From Pseudomonadota bacterium (GTDB lineage: Bacteria > Pseudomonadota > Gammaproteobacteria > Ga0077536): a stretch of DNA of 64,000 nt. Position 1 is the stretch's first letter, and the number at the start of each line of letters is the position of its first letter. Location: positions 121,532 through 185,531 of the forward strand of contig JAYYOR010000027.1 in the NCBI GenBank assembly GCA_036130055.1, in the 5' to 3' direction. A program made the position numbers and the translations under genes. Of the stretch, positions 1 through 11,074 are shown one piece after another. A model generated the notes under the pieces. That model had not been told where the DNA came from. It was given only the letters and a program-made list of their open reading frames with translations, and made no database searches.

Positions 1-174
1 ACTGTAATTCTTCTATCTGGAAAAAATGGTGGAAATGCTGCGTTAATGCTAAAAAAAGAGGATAGAGAACTGAGGATACCTAGCTCTAGCACCGCTAGAA
101 TCCAAGAAAGTCACCTAGTCGTGATTCATTGTATATGCGGACTAATAGAAAACAAATTAAGGGAAGAGCAATGA
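1..174 (+). CDS. SIS-domain protein DiaA/GmhA-like, C-terminal fragment (5' end lies outside the window)
   Basis: Frame-1 translation '...LLSGKNGGNAALMLKKEDRELRIPSSSTARIQESHLVVIHCICGLIE*' resembles the C-terminus of E. coli DiaA/GmhA. The TGA stop at 172-174 overlaps the next ATG (caATGa). Confidence 0.55.
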   Translation, partial: TVILLSGKNGGNAALMLKKEDRELRIPSSSTARIQESHLVVIHCICGLIENKLREEQ

Positions 175-716
175 TAAAAACCTCAACTATATTTTTTTTA
201 ATAGTTTTTCTCGTTTCGTGTTCAGGAATAAATGAGGAGAGAACAACTGGAACATTTATCGAAGACTTTTCAATTGAACGAAAAATTAATAAGTTTATTA
301 ATAAAGATTACGAACTTGATGCGCTTACGAACGTGAAAGCAACATCCTACAACGAAGTTCTTTTATTAACCGGTCAGATCCCAAATGAGAGATTGAGAAA
401 AGAAATTATAGATGGTGCAAAAAAAATCAAGAAAATAAAGAAAATCCACGATTTCACGATAATGGCGGCCCCCAGCTCAATGATATCGAGGTCTAACGAT
501 AGGTATCTAACAACAAAAGTGAAGACAAGAATCCTGGCCACAGCTATTTTCAAAAAAGAGAAAAATATAAAGGCAACTAGAATTAAAGTGGTGACAGATA
601 ATAGCATAGTGTTTCTGTTAGGAATCGTGACTAATGAACAAGCGCAGGTTGCTACAAAAATCGCACGAGAAACCAACGGAGTTCAAAAAGTTGTTACTCT
701 ATGGGAGCTCCAGTAG
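171..716 (+). CDS. BON-domain outer-membrane lipoprotein (DolP/YraP-like)
   Basis: The listed ORF 129-716 most likely starts at the internal ATG at 171, giving MIKTSTIFFLIVFLVSCSG (lipoprotein signal with lipobox Cys). Repeated BON-like segments follow. Its position after the diaA-like gene mirrors the E. coli yraN-diaA-yraP order. Confidence 0.6.
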   Translation: MIKTSTIFFLIVFLVSCSGINEERTTGTFIEDFSIERKINKFINKDYELDALTNVKATSYNEVLLLTGQIPNERLRKEIIDGAKKIKKIKKIHDFTIMAAPSSMISRSNDRYLTTKVKTRILATAIFKKEKNIKATRIKVVTDNSIVFLLGIVTNEQAQVATKIARETNGVQKVVTLWELQ

Positions 717-728
717 AAATTGTACAAC

Positions 729-1148
729 TTACTTAATAATCTTAAGATTCGGTTTGCGCTTAAATTTATGCTTGAGTTGTTCTGTTGGGATAGTATTCAC
801 ACCCTTTATTTCAGAATCATCAAAATAAAATTTAATGCTATCTGGCCAAAGAATGTAAGCCCCCGCAGATTGCTCTTTGGCATATATTTCTGTTATTTCG
901 GTAATTGGAACTGTAACACTAAATATATTTCCGGAAAATCTTGTATCAAAACCGAGAAAATCATCATCAATAACGAAGTTCCTGCACGCCTCTCTACCAA
1001 TATTTAGAGCAATAACCTCTGATTCTTTTAGATGCTCCGGAATTCTTACCCCAGAATCACATGTCTTGAATTTAATGTTAGGGGTCAGACCAACATCCTC
1101 CATCCAATTTTTTAAAGCTTTCAGAACATATGATATTGGTACAATCAT
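729..1148 (-). CDS. sspB: ClpXP specificity-enhancing factor SspB (stringent starvation protein B)
   Basis: 139 aa. N-terminal 'PISYVLKALKNWMEDVGLTPNI...' and the acidic tail are SspB-like. It sits immediately downstream of sspA, as in the gammaproteobacterial sspAB operon. Confidence 0.8.
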   Translation of the reverse strand: MIVPISYVLKALKNWMEDVGLTPNIKFKTCDSGVRIPEHLKESEVIALNIGREACRNFVIDDDFLGFDTRFSGNIFSVTVPITEITEIYAKEQSAGAYILWPDSIKFYFDDSEIKGVNTIPTEQLKHKFKRKPNLKIIK

Positions 1149-1780
1149 CAGACAGGAGTGGGCATACTTTTTTCAAAATCTGACAAGCTGGCGACAAATG
1201 TTTCTCTCTGAAACATTTTGTCAGCATACTTGTAGATTGCCTTAGCAGAAGACCCTAATTTTATATCCCAATATTCAAGTCTCCAAAGCAAAGTTGACAG
1301 ACACATATCTACTAACGAATACTCATCGGACATAAAATATTGATACTGTTCAAATATTGGAGTCAAAGCTTGGAGGTTATCTTTAATCTGATTCTTTGCT
1401 TCGTTTGATGTGTCTAACTCTCCACTTTCTACCTTTAATGACAAAGAAAATAAATCACGTGTGATTCTATAACGAAATTGCCGATTAATTGCTCTCGCTA
1501 CCGGATCAACAGGCATAAGTGGTGGGTGAGGGTAACGCTCATCAAGGTACTCCATCATGATTTGAGCTTGATATAAAACTAGGTCTCTATCTATTAAAGT
1601 CAATACACCACCATAAGGATTCAAGATATCTAAGTCCTCTGGTTTGTCGCTTTCGTCTACGAAAATTACATCGGCGGTAATATCTTTTTCTTTCAGGACT
1701 AGTCTCACGCTATGACCATCGAGATCTTTTTCGTCTACATAAAGTGACATCACTGACCTTCTGCTTGGAACGGATGCCAT
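1148..1780 (-). CDS. sspA: Stringent starvation protein A (GST-fold)
   Basis: 210 aa. 'MSLYVDEKDLDGHSVRLVLKEKDI...LNPYGGVLTLIDRDLVLY' is close to E. coli SspA. It lies downstream of petABC, as in many gammaproteobacteria. Confidence 0.85.
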   Translation of the reverse strand: MASVPSRRSVMSLYVDEKDLDGHSVRLVLKEKDITADVIFVDESDKPEDLDILNPYGGVLTLIDRDLVLYQAQIMMEYLDERYPHPPLMPVDPVARAINRQFRYRITRDLFSLSLKVESGELDTSNEAKNQIKDNLQALTPIFEQYQYFMSDEYSLVDMCLSTLLWRLEYWDIKLGSSAKAIYKYADKMFQRETFVASLSDFEKSMPTPV

Positions 1781-2538
1781 TATTTGATGTCCTCCCAGAT
1801 TGCCTTTTTATTTAGATAAGCAAATATAAAAAGGACAAAAAGAAAAGCAATAACCCAAAACCCTAATTTATATCTTACGAGACGGGCAGGCTCTCCGACA
1901 TAAACAAGGAAAGATACAATGTCCCGTGTGAATTCTCGATATTCTGACTCCGTCATCTTACCTGAAACAACCGTCGTAAGATAGGGGGGTTCCGATGACC
2001 CTTCATTTTGTTTGGCAGATTGAGTAGTTTTTCCATCTTCCTGCAGAATTAATTTCTTGTAACCTTGAAGCTCCCAGAGAACGTGAGGCATAGAAGTTTG
2101 GGAAAAGTATAAATTATTTACTCCAGTCGGCCGTCCGGGTTCAGTATAAAAGCCATTAAGAAAAGAGTATAACCAGTCTTCACCTCTAACCCGCGCTATA
2201 ACCGACAAATCTGGTGGTTTAACTCCGAACCAACTTTTTGCATCTTCTGATTTCATAGCTACTTGTACAGTATTTCCTATCTTATCGCCGACATGCATGA
2301 AATTGGTTTTAACCAAAGATTCTTCAAGTTCTAAGTCCTCTGCTATTCGGTTGTATCGCATATACTGCAGAGAATGGCATCCAGAGCAGTAGTTAAAAAA
2401 GGCTGTAGCCCCTCGCTGCAACGAGGTCGTTTTGCTTATGTCCACATTGGCGTCAAGTAAAGGATACTTGCTACCTGAGGCCGCAAAGCAAGACGCGCTA
2501 AAAACGGTTGCAATTAAAATTGAGCGTTTAATGACCAT
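1780..2538 (-). CDS. petC: Ubiquinol-cytochrome c reductase cytochrome c1 subunit
   Basis: 252 aa with a signal peptide, a CSGCH haem-binding motif and a C-terminal transmembrane anchor. It follows cytochrome b. Confidence 0.8.
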   Translation of the reverse strand: MVIKRSILIATVFSASCFAASGSKYPLLDANVDISKTTSLQRGATAFFNYCSGCHSLQYMRYNRIAEDLELEESLVKTNFMHVGDKIGNTVQVAMKSEDAKSWFGVKPPDLSVIARVRGEDWLYSFLNGFYTEPGRPTGVNNLYFSQTSMPHVLWELQGYKKLILQEDGKTTQSAKQNEGSSEPPYLTTVVSGKMTESEYREFTRDIVSFLVYVGEPARLVRYKLGFWVIAFLFVLFIFAYLNKKAIWEDIK

Positions 2539-3790
2539 TTGTTGTAACTCTTTCTGGAACTTTTTTTGTTTTGTCGAATGTCGTATAAATCGGCATTAAC
2601 AAAAAGAACAGAAAATAAATTACTGTGAATATCTGGGCAACAACTGTCCTGGCTGGAGTTGGCGGGAGTGCTCCTAAATACCCTAGAATCAAAAACGATA
2701 TCACAAATATTCCTAAGGCCGTTCTTGAGATCCAACCCTTGTACCTCATCGATCTCACAGGACTTCTATCTAACCACGGTAGAAGAAAGAAAATCATCAC
2801 CGCGAAACCCATAAATATTACTCCCCACAGTTTTGCAGGTACCCAAAAAAAGTTAATAGTATTGGCACGTAAGATTGAATAGAAAGGAGTAAAATACCAA
2901 ACCGGAGCTATGTGCTCTGGCGTTTGCATTGGATTGGCCGGGATAAAGTTATTATGTTCAAGAAAATAACCTCCCATTTCAGGCGCAAAAAATATCACAG
3001 CTGAAAATATCATTAAGAAGACAACAATCCCCACAAAATCTTTACTTGTGTAATAAGGATGAAAAGGGATTCCGTCAATGGGTTTCCCGCTAGTATCTTT
3101 ATGATTTTTGATTTCAACTCCATCTGGATTATTGGATCCTACTTCGTGCAAAGCGAGAATATGGAGTAATACTAAACCCGCTATTGCAAATGGTAAAGCG
3201 ATGACATGAAGAGAGAAGAACCTATTTAGAGTTGCATCTGAAACAACGTAATCGCCCATGATGAGCGTTTGGAGGCTTTCGCCTACGAGTGGGATAGCCC
3301 CAAAAAGCGATATAATAACCTGAGCACCCCAATATGACATTTGCCCCCACGGAAGAATATAACCAAAAAAAGCCTCAGCCATAAGTGTTAGGTACAGGAA
3401 CATTCCTAGAATCCAGATCAGCTCTCTCGGCTTTTTGTATGAACCGTACAAAAGGGCTCTGAACATGTGTAAATAAATTACTATAAAGAAAAACGAAGCC
3501 CCAGTTGAATGCATGTAACGAATCAGCCATCCCCAGTCAACATCTCTCATAATGTATTCAACCGATGAAAAAGCCTCAATGGCTGAGGGCTTGTAATTCA
3601 TAGTAAGCCAGATTCCGGTCAAAATCTGGTTTACAAACATTACCATTGAGAAGACACCAAAGTAGTACCAAATGTTAAAATTCTTTGGAGCATAGTATTG
3701 AGCTAAATGTTCGTTCCATATGCTCATCAAAGGAAATCTTTCGTCTATCCATCCTACTAAATTTTTAGCATTTTTTGCGATCGTGTTCAT
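2528..3790 (-). CDS. petB: Ubiquinol-cytochrome c reductase cytochrome b subunit
   Basis: 420-aa polytopic membrane protein carrying conserved cytochrome b motifs (GY.LPWGQMS.WGA, haem-ligand His). Confidence 0.9.
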   Translation of the reverse strand: MNTIAKNAKNLVGWIDERFPLMSIWNEHLAQYYAPKNFNIWYYFGVFSMVMFVNQILTGIWLTMNYKPSAIEAFSSVEYIMRDVDWGWLIRYMHSTGASFFFIVIYLHMFRALLYGSYKKPRELIWILGMFLYLTLMAEAFFGYILPWGQMSYWGAQVIISLFGAIPLVGESLQTLIMGDYVVSDATLNRFFSLHVIALPFAIAGLVLLHILALHEVGSNNPDGVEIKNHKDTSGKPIDGIPFHPYYTSKDFVGIVVFLMIFSAVIFFAPEMGGYFLEHNNFIPANPMQTPEHIAPVWYFTPFYSILRANTINFFWVPAKLWGVIFMGFAVMIFFLLPWLDRSPVRSMRYKGWISRTALGIFVISFLILGYLGALPPTPARTVVAQIFTVIYFLFFLLMPIYTTFDKTKKVPERVTTNGH

Positions 3791-4395
3791 GCGCTTTCTC
3801 CATCAAGCTCGCCGATTAGAATTTTCGTTTCAGATAAAAATTTGTAAGGAGGAACCGGCATATTTGATGGAGCAGGAACTCCAGCATAAACCCGTCCAGC
3901 TAAATCAAATTTTGATCCATGACATGGGCAATAAAACCCCCCTTTCCAATCAGTTCCCATAGATTTATTGTCTATCCCAGGAAAAAAATTAGGTGAACAT
4001 CCTAAATGGGTACAAATACCAACCAAAACTAAGAACTCGGAATCCTTGGATCTCCATGCATTCTTCGCAAAATCGGGTTGATCTGAAGCACTGGAGTCTG
4101 GATCTTGAAGCGTTTTCTCATCAAAATTTGACAATGTATCTACTTGCTCAGGGGTCCTCCTAACTATCCACACTGGCTTACCTCGCCACTGAACTATAAT
4201 TCTTTGGCCTGGTTCTATCCCATCTAGGTTCGCCTCAACAGGCGCCCCTATAGCTTTTGCTTTTGCACTTGGCTTGAAAGCAGATAAAAAAGGAACAGCT
4301 GCAAAACTAGCCCCAACGCCCCCCAATACTAGCGTTGCACCTGATAGAAACTCACGTCGAGCTTTATCGGTTGGAATTTTACTCATTTTAAACAA
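3787..4395 (-). CDS. petA: Ubiquinol-cytochrome c reductase Rieske iron-sulfur subunit
   Basis: 202 aa with a Tat-like N-terminus and Rieske boxes CTHLGC and CPCHGS. Confidence 0.9.
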   Translation of the reverse strand: MFKMSKIPTDKARREFLSGATLVLGGVGASFAAVPFLSAFKPSAKAKAIGAPVEANLDGIEPGQRIIVQWRGKPVWIVRRTPEQVDTLSNFDEKTLQDPDSSASDQPDFAKNAWRSKDSEFLVLVGICTHLGCSPNFFPGIDNKSMGTDWKGGFYCPCHGSKFDLAGRVYAGVPAPSNMPVPPYKFLSETKILIGELDGESA

Positions 4396-4594
4396 ATGCT
4401 CCTAAATACTGTGGATTTTGAGAGGAAATTTTATTTCACTCAAAACCCAAAAAAACATATTCAATTTAAATCAATCAACATAATATTGTATAACATTTGT
4501 AATACGGTTAGCTAGGGCGTAAGGACTATGTTTTCCCAAATAGCACGAATCTTATTTTTCAAAATTATGTGTAATTGTTCAATTTCCGACTGGA

Positions 4595-5686
4595 CTATAG
4601 AATTATTTTTGCGAGTGTTTCAATAAGCTTCCGATTTTCTTCCTTAGAACCGACCGTAATACGCAAACAACCATTCAATAATTGATGCTGACTGCTAACA
4701 TTTTTAACTAAAATACCTACCCTCAAAAGTCGAGAAAAAATGAGATCGGCACTGTAATTTCCAAAGTCAACAAGGATGAAATTTGCTTCACTTGGATACA
4801 CTTTAATTCCCACAAACGTACTAAGTTGAGATGTAAGATACCGTCTTTCCTGGATAACGGCATCTATTCTATCTGATAAAGCTTGTTTGCAGCTCAGAAT
4901 TTCAATTCCGGCAGCTTGGGAAACTGTGTTCACATTGTATGGCAGTCTTAATTTGTTAATTAACGAAATCGCATATCTATTCCCAAATAGCATTCCCAGT
5001 CTAATACCGGCAAAACCCGTTTTTGACATGGTTTGCATAATCAACAAGTTATCAAAACTTTCAATTAGTTTTAGTTTAGAACTATCTGTAAACTCGTAGT
5101 AAGCTTCATCGAGCACTACTAATCCCTTACAAGCTCGACAAATATCCTCGATGTCCAACTTAACAAGCTGATTGCCGGTTGGATTATTAGGACTCGCAAT
5201 AAATATTAAAGACGGTTCATCTGCCTCTATGCGCTGAATGAACTTCGAGGTATCGAGAGCAAATGTATCCTTGTCCAAATCATGTTCTAAAATTTGTAGG
5301 CCGTGAATAGTTCCCAATATTTTATATACACTAAACGTGGGTGAAGGTATCAGCAACTTGCCCTTTCCGTCATTAGCCATCAACAAACACAATAATTGAA
5401 TTAATTCATCAGACCCATTGCCAATAACAACATCTATGTTTGGTGATTCAAATCCCTTTTTTTTTAGTAATCTTTTTTTTAGCGAAAGGAAATTTGGATC
5501 CGGATAACGATTTAGCTTAAGCTCTACTAGCGCATTTAAAATCTCTGCCCCTGTAAGTTCGGATAAATTATCTGGCATCTCCATCGCATCCAACTTAATT
5601 GAGTGTTGATAAGCACTTGTGCTGTACTGTTCCATTTCTAGAAGTCTAGGAGCTATTAATTGCTTAAAATGTTTATTGTTCATCAC
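4595..5686 (-). CDS. hisC: Histidinol-phosphate aminotransferase
   Basis: 363-aa class II aminotransferase (SKT pyridoxal-lysine region) immediately downstream of and overlapping hisD. Confidence 0.85.
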   Translation of the reverse strand: MMNNKHFKQLIAPRLLEMEQYSTSAYQHSIKLDAMEMPDNLSELTGAEILNALVELKLNRYPDPNFLSLKKRLLKKKGFESPNIDVVIGNGSDELIQLLCLLMANDGKGKLLIPSPTFSVYKILGTIHGLQILEHDLDKDTFALDTSKFIQRIEADEPSLIFIASPNNPTGNQLVKLDIEDICRACKGLVVLDEAYYEFTDSSKLKLIESFDNLLIMQTMSKTGFAGIRLGMLFGNRYAISLINKLRLPYNVNTVSQAAGIEILSCKQALSDRIDAVIQERRYLTSQLSTFVGIKVYPSEANFILVDFGNYSADLIFSRLLRVGILVKNVSSQHQLLNGCLRITVGSKEENRKLIETLAKIIL

Positions 5687-6974
5687 TTATCCTTAATTCA
5701 GCAGAATATTTGTGAGCAGACAGCCCCTCTGACTGCGCTAACTGTTTTGATATTCGCCCAAGTACGTTTGCAGCTGATTTGTTACATTCAACAAAAGACG
5801 TACGCTTCTGAAAATCATAGACCCCTAGTGGTGATGCAAATCTTGCTGCACCAGAGGTAGGGAGCACATGATTCGACCCTGCACAATAATCACCGAAGAC
5901 CTCTGGGCAAAATCTTCCGAGAAAAACCGCACCAGCATTATTTATTTTTGACATCAACTCTCTAGGTTTATCCACCGATAACTCTAAATGCTCAGGCGCG
6001 ATAATATCAACAATTTTACTTACATCATCAAGTGAATTAACTTTAATAAATACCCCATTATTCTCTAAAGACTTTCTAATTATTTCTCTTCGGGGAAATT
6101 GATCGCAAATTTTGTGTAATTCTGACTCTACTTTGTTCATATGATTTTCATCAAGCGATATAAAAATTGATTGAGCATTAGGGTCATGCTCAGCTTGAGA
6201 GCAAAGATCAGCCGCTATCCACTCTGGTGAGGTTTTACCGTCGCAAACTACTAGTATCTCCGATGGACCGGCAACCATATCGATCCCCACGTCTCCATAA
6301 ACTTGTTTCTTTGCATTAGCAACATATGCATTTCCAGGTCCGACAATCTTATCGACTCTACCAATAGTTTCGGTACCATAAGCCAAAGCTGCAACCGCTT
6401 GAGCACCTCCGATTGTGAAGATCCTAGAAACGCCGCTTAAAGCGGCCGCCGCTAGGACAACATCCGACACAAATCCCTTTTGAGAAGGTACCACCATGGT
6501 TATATTAGGAACGCCGGCCACTCTTGCCGGAATGGCATTCATCAAAACTGAAGATGGATAACTTGCAGTACCACCAGGAACATATAGACCAACAGATTGT
6601 AATGGAGTAATTCTTTGTCCCGAAGAAACGCCAATATTGTCACTAAATTCCCACGATTGAATTAACTGTTTTTCATGGTACGCGGTTATTCGTTTTGCGC
6701 TTAACTCCAGCGCCGCGAAAAGATCCTTCTCAATAGAATCAAGAGATTTTTTGAAATCGACTAATTCTAGATCCGCCACGTTTTTTACATCACATTGATC
6801 AAATTTTTTGGTATAAAGAAGGACAGCACTGTCCCCATTTATTTTCACGTCGCGTATTATTTGAGCAACTGAATCTGAAACATTTTTTTCATTTTTAATA
6901 TCTCGGTCCAGTGTTTCTTTCAATAACTCAAAAAATCGTTTTTGATTTATATCAAGTCGTCTTATTCTATTCAT
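5673..6974 (-). CDS. hisD: Histidinol dehydrogenase
   Basis: 433 aa with conserved HisD motifs (GPGNAYV, AGPSE, QAEHD). Confidence 0.9.
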   Translation of the reverse strand: MNRIRRLDINQKRFFELLKETLDRDIKNEKNVSDSVAQIIRDVKINGDSAVLLYTKKFDQCDVKNVADLELVDFKKSLDSIEKDLFAALELSAKRITAYHEKQLIQSWEFSDNIGVSSGQRITPLQSVGLYVPGGTASYPSSVLMNAIPARVAGVPNITMVVPSQKGFVSDVVLAAAALSGVSRIFTIGGAQAVAALAYGTETIGRVDKIVGPGNAYVANAKKQVYGDVGIDMVAGPSEILVVCDGKTSPEWIAADLCSQAEHDPNAQSIFISLDENHMNKVESELHKICDQFPRREIIRKSLENNGVFIKVNSLDDVSKIVDIIAPEHLELSVDKPRELMSKINNAGAVFLGRFCPEVFGDYCAGSNHVLPTSGAARFASPLGVYDFQKRTSFVECNKSAANVLGRISKQLAQSEGLSAHKYSAELRISDEQ

Positions 6975-7629
6975 TTTTGTGTTCGACTAAATTTTCGAGG
7001 CCTTTAATTATACATTTTATTTCTTTCGACTTTACTTTAAACGAAGCCTTATTAATTATTAACCTTGAACTGATATGTCTTATATCTTCAATAACCTTCA
7101 AATTATTAGCCCTAAGCGTTTTCCCTGTATCGACTAAATCCACAATCTCATCTGCAAGGCCAACAATCGGTGCGAGTTCCATGGAACCGTATAAAGTAAT
7201 TATCTCAGCTTGAATACCAATTTTTTGGTAATACTCTCGCGCAACTTTTGGATATTTTGTTGCTACTCTTAAGAGTGACAAGTTTGGCCTCTCAGTTTTT
7301 AAACCGGCTGCAGAAAGTCTGCATTTTGATATCTTCAAATCTAGAGGCTCATAATAACCATCTGCACTACTTTCCAATAGTATATCTTTACCTGTTATAC
7401 CGATATCAGCTGCTCCGTAATCAACATAAGTTGGGACATCAGTTGCTCTAACTACTAAAATATCTATATTCGAAAAATTAGTGTTTAGTTTAAGTCTTCG
7501 AGAGCTTGCTTCTTGTTCAGAAACCACTATTCCGACTTCTTCCAAAAGTTGATATGCTTCATTGAGAATCCTACCTTTTGCGACAGCAATTAATATTTTT
7601 TTGGGGTTTGAAAAATTTTGTTCTATCAT
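6967..7629 (-). CDS. hisG: ATP phosphoribosyltransferase (short form)
   Basis: 220 aa with the 'LKIAVAKGRIL' start typical of HisG. It lies upstream of hisD. Confidence 0.85.
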   Translation of the reverse strand: MIEQNFSNPKKILIAVAKGRILNEAYQLLEEVGIVVSEQEASSRRLKLNTNFSNIDILVVRATDVPTYVDYGAADIGITGKDILLESSADGYYEPLDLKISKCRLSAAGLKTERPNLSLLRVATKYPKVAREYYQKIGIQAEIITLYGSMELAPIVGLADEIVDLVDTGKTLRANNLKVIEDIRHISSRLIINKASFKVKSKEIKCIIKGLENLVEHKNE

Positions 7630-9167
<1,538 letters not shown>

Positions 9168-9189
9168 TCTTTCTAATTAAACAATTTTC

Positions 9190-9801
9190 TTAAGAGTTAC
9201 CAAACTTTTCGTTCTTTTCTTTCAACGATATGATTAATTGGTCAAGTCCTTGTGTTTCAATAATAGATTTAAATGACCCGCGGTAAGTTTTTACCAAACT
9301 CACACCACTAACTGACACATCAAATGCTAACCATCGGCCCTTACTATTATGAAGTCTATAAACTATAGATACTGCTTCACCCTGCGGATTAATCCTTTGA
9401 ACTATTTTAGCGGTCTTTCCTTTTTGTATATTCTCGTCCAATGGGTAATCAATTGTTTGGTTGGAGAATTCTAATAATGCAGAAGCATATGTCCTTACAA
9501 GTAGTTTCCTAAACTCATCAATAAATTCACCTTTTTGTTTTACGGCCGCTTTTTCCCAGTAAGCACCTAGCACAAATCTAGACATAACGGCAAAGTCAAA
9601 GTGAGGGAAGACTAAGTCCGAAACCAAATTATACATTTCACCCGGGTTATCCTTTAGCTTATCTTTATCCGACTCTATCTTACTGAGCACTTTATCGGTT
9701 GTTGATTGAATGATGCCCAGGGGCTCTAAAGACTCAGAAAATGAATGCGAGGAATTCAATGCGAATAGGACAATAGCAATCTTTAGTAAAAGTCTAATCA
9801 T
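9190..9801 (-). CDS. mlaC: Periplasmic phospholipid-binding protein MlaC (Ttg2D family)
   Basis: 203 aa with a signal peptide and a Tgt2/MlaC-like sequence. It is not preceded by mlaFED in this window. Confidence 0.7.
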   Translation of the reverse strand: MIRLLLKIAIVLFALNSSHSFSESLEPLGIIQSTTDKVLSKIESDKDKLKDNPGEMYNLVSDLVFPHFDFAVMSRFVLGAYWEKAAVKQKGEFIDEFRKLLVRTYASALLEFSNQTIDYPLDENIQKGKTAKIVQRINPQGEAVSIVYRLHNSKGRWLAFDVSVSGVSLVKTYRGSFKSIIETQGLDQLIISLKEKNEKFGNS

Positions 9802-9860
9802 AGGGCTTCACCAATAATGTTAATTAAGTATATCCAAGGATCATGGCATTAACTGAAATT

Positions 9861-11051
9861 TTACTCAACATGTAATTTTAATTTTTTTGCTGCTTCATTC
9901 GATAATTTAACTGCTGAGCTCACAGAACTATCTTTAGCGAGTACAACAGCAAGTCTTCTCTTTCCATCTACGCTTGGTTTGCCAAATAAACGTAACTCAA
10001 TATTTTTCATAGACAGTAACTCCGGGACTCCATCATAGCTAATTCGGTTTCCATTTCCAAAACCAAGTATTGGTTTCGAGGCACCAAAAAAATCTTTTCC
10101 GTTTTCAAAACATTGTTTTAAATTTGCGCCTAGAATAGCTTTTACATGTAATTCAAATTGAGAATATCTTTGGCTAATCAGAGTAACCAAGCCCGTGTCA
10201 TGGGGTCGTGGGGACACCTCACTAAACCAAACCTCATCACCTTTAATAAATAATTCAACACCAAAAATACCCCAACCACCTAATTCCTCGGTTACTAAAT
10301 CGGCAATCTTACAGGATTTATTAAAGGCTTTTTCAGACATTTCTTGAGGCTGCCAAGAACCGCGGTAATCGCCGTCTTCTTGTATGTGTCCGATTGGACG
10401 GCAAAAATCCACTCCACCGGAATGTCTAAGCGTAAGAAGAGTTATTTCATAATCAAAATCCACAAGACCTTCAACTATCACCTCGCTTTGTGTACCTCTC
10501 CCTTCAGATAATGATTTTGACCAGACTGCCCCTAGTTCACTTTCATCTGTCACCAATATTTGCCCCTTACCCGATGAACTCATAACTGGTTTTACGATAC
10601 AAGGTATGCCTATTTCTCGAATGGCACGAATACACTCATCTGACGAATTTGCAAAACGATATTGTGATGTTTGAAGTCCAATTTTTTCCGCAGCTAATCT
10701 CCTTATTCCTTTTCTATTCATCGTCAAAGAAACCGCCCTTGCGCTGGGACAAACCTTAAATCCTTCAGCCTCTAAATCAACAAGTACATCGGTAGCTATA
10801 GCTTCAATTTCAGGCAAAATAAACGCGGGATTTTCTATTCTAATGAGTTCCGCTAATTTTTGATTGTCCAACATATCTATTACGTGTGAACGATGGGCTA
10901 CTTGCATCGCGGGTGCATTCTTGTACTTGTCGACAGCAATCACCTCTAATCCTAATCTGGAGGCTTCGATGGCAACCTCTTTTCCCAACTCACCTGAACC
11001 AAGCAGCATTAGTTTAGTGGCATTTGAAGAATAGGGGGTTCCAACAATCAT
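9861..11051 (-). CDS. purT: Phosphoribosylglycinamide formyltransferase 2 (formate-dependent, ATP-grasp)
   Basis: 396 aa. 'KLMLLGSGELGKEVAIEASRLG...' is highly similar to PurT. Confidence 0.85.
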   Translation of the reverse strand: MIVGTPYSSNATKLMLLGSGELGKEVAIEASRLGLEVIAVDKYKNAPAMQVAHRSHVIDMLDNQKLAELIRIENPAFILPEIEAIATDVLVDLEAEGFKVCPSARAVSLTMNRKGIRRLAAEKIGLQTSQYRFANSSDECIRAIREIGIPCIVKPVMSSSGKGQILVTDESELGAVWSKSLSEGRGTQSEVIVEGLVDFDYEITLLTLRHSGGVDFCRPIGHIQEDGDYRGSWQPQEMSEKAFNKSCKIADLVTEELGGWGIFGVELFIKGDEVWFSEVSPRPHDTGLVTLISQRYSQFELHVKAILGANLKQCFENGKDFFGASKPILGFGNGNRISYDGVPELLSMKNIELRLFGKPSVDGKRRLAVVLAKDSSVSSAVKLSNEAAKKLKLHVE

Positions 11052-11074
11052 TTATCCTTACTCCTTTGTGCTCC

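Noticed and set aside
129-170. N-terminal extension of the BON protein (MYMRTNRKQIKGRA...)
   Set aside because: It would overlap the end of the upstream diaA-like CDS by 45 nt. The ATG at 171 yields a clean lipoprotein signal peptide instead.
374-1245. ORFs at 374-676(-), 634-828(+), 720-1007(+) and 877-1245(+) overlapping the dolP-like and sspB genes
   Set aside because: They are antisense or overlapping shadows of well-supported genes, with low-complexity translations and no motifs.
2514-3962. ORFs 2514-2735(-), 2625-2882(+) and 3720-3962(+) within the petB/petC/petA region
   Set aside because: They sit on the opposite strand from, or in a different frame to, strongly conserved cytochrome bc1 genes. 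They are spurious.
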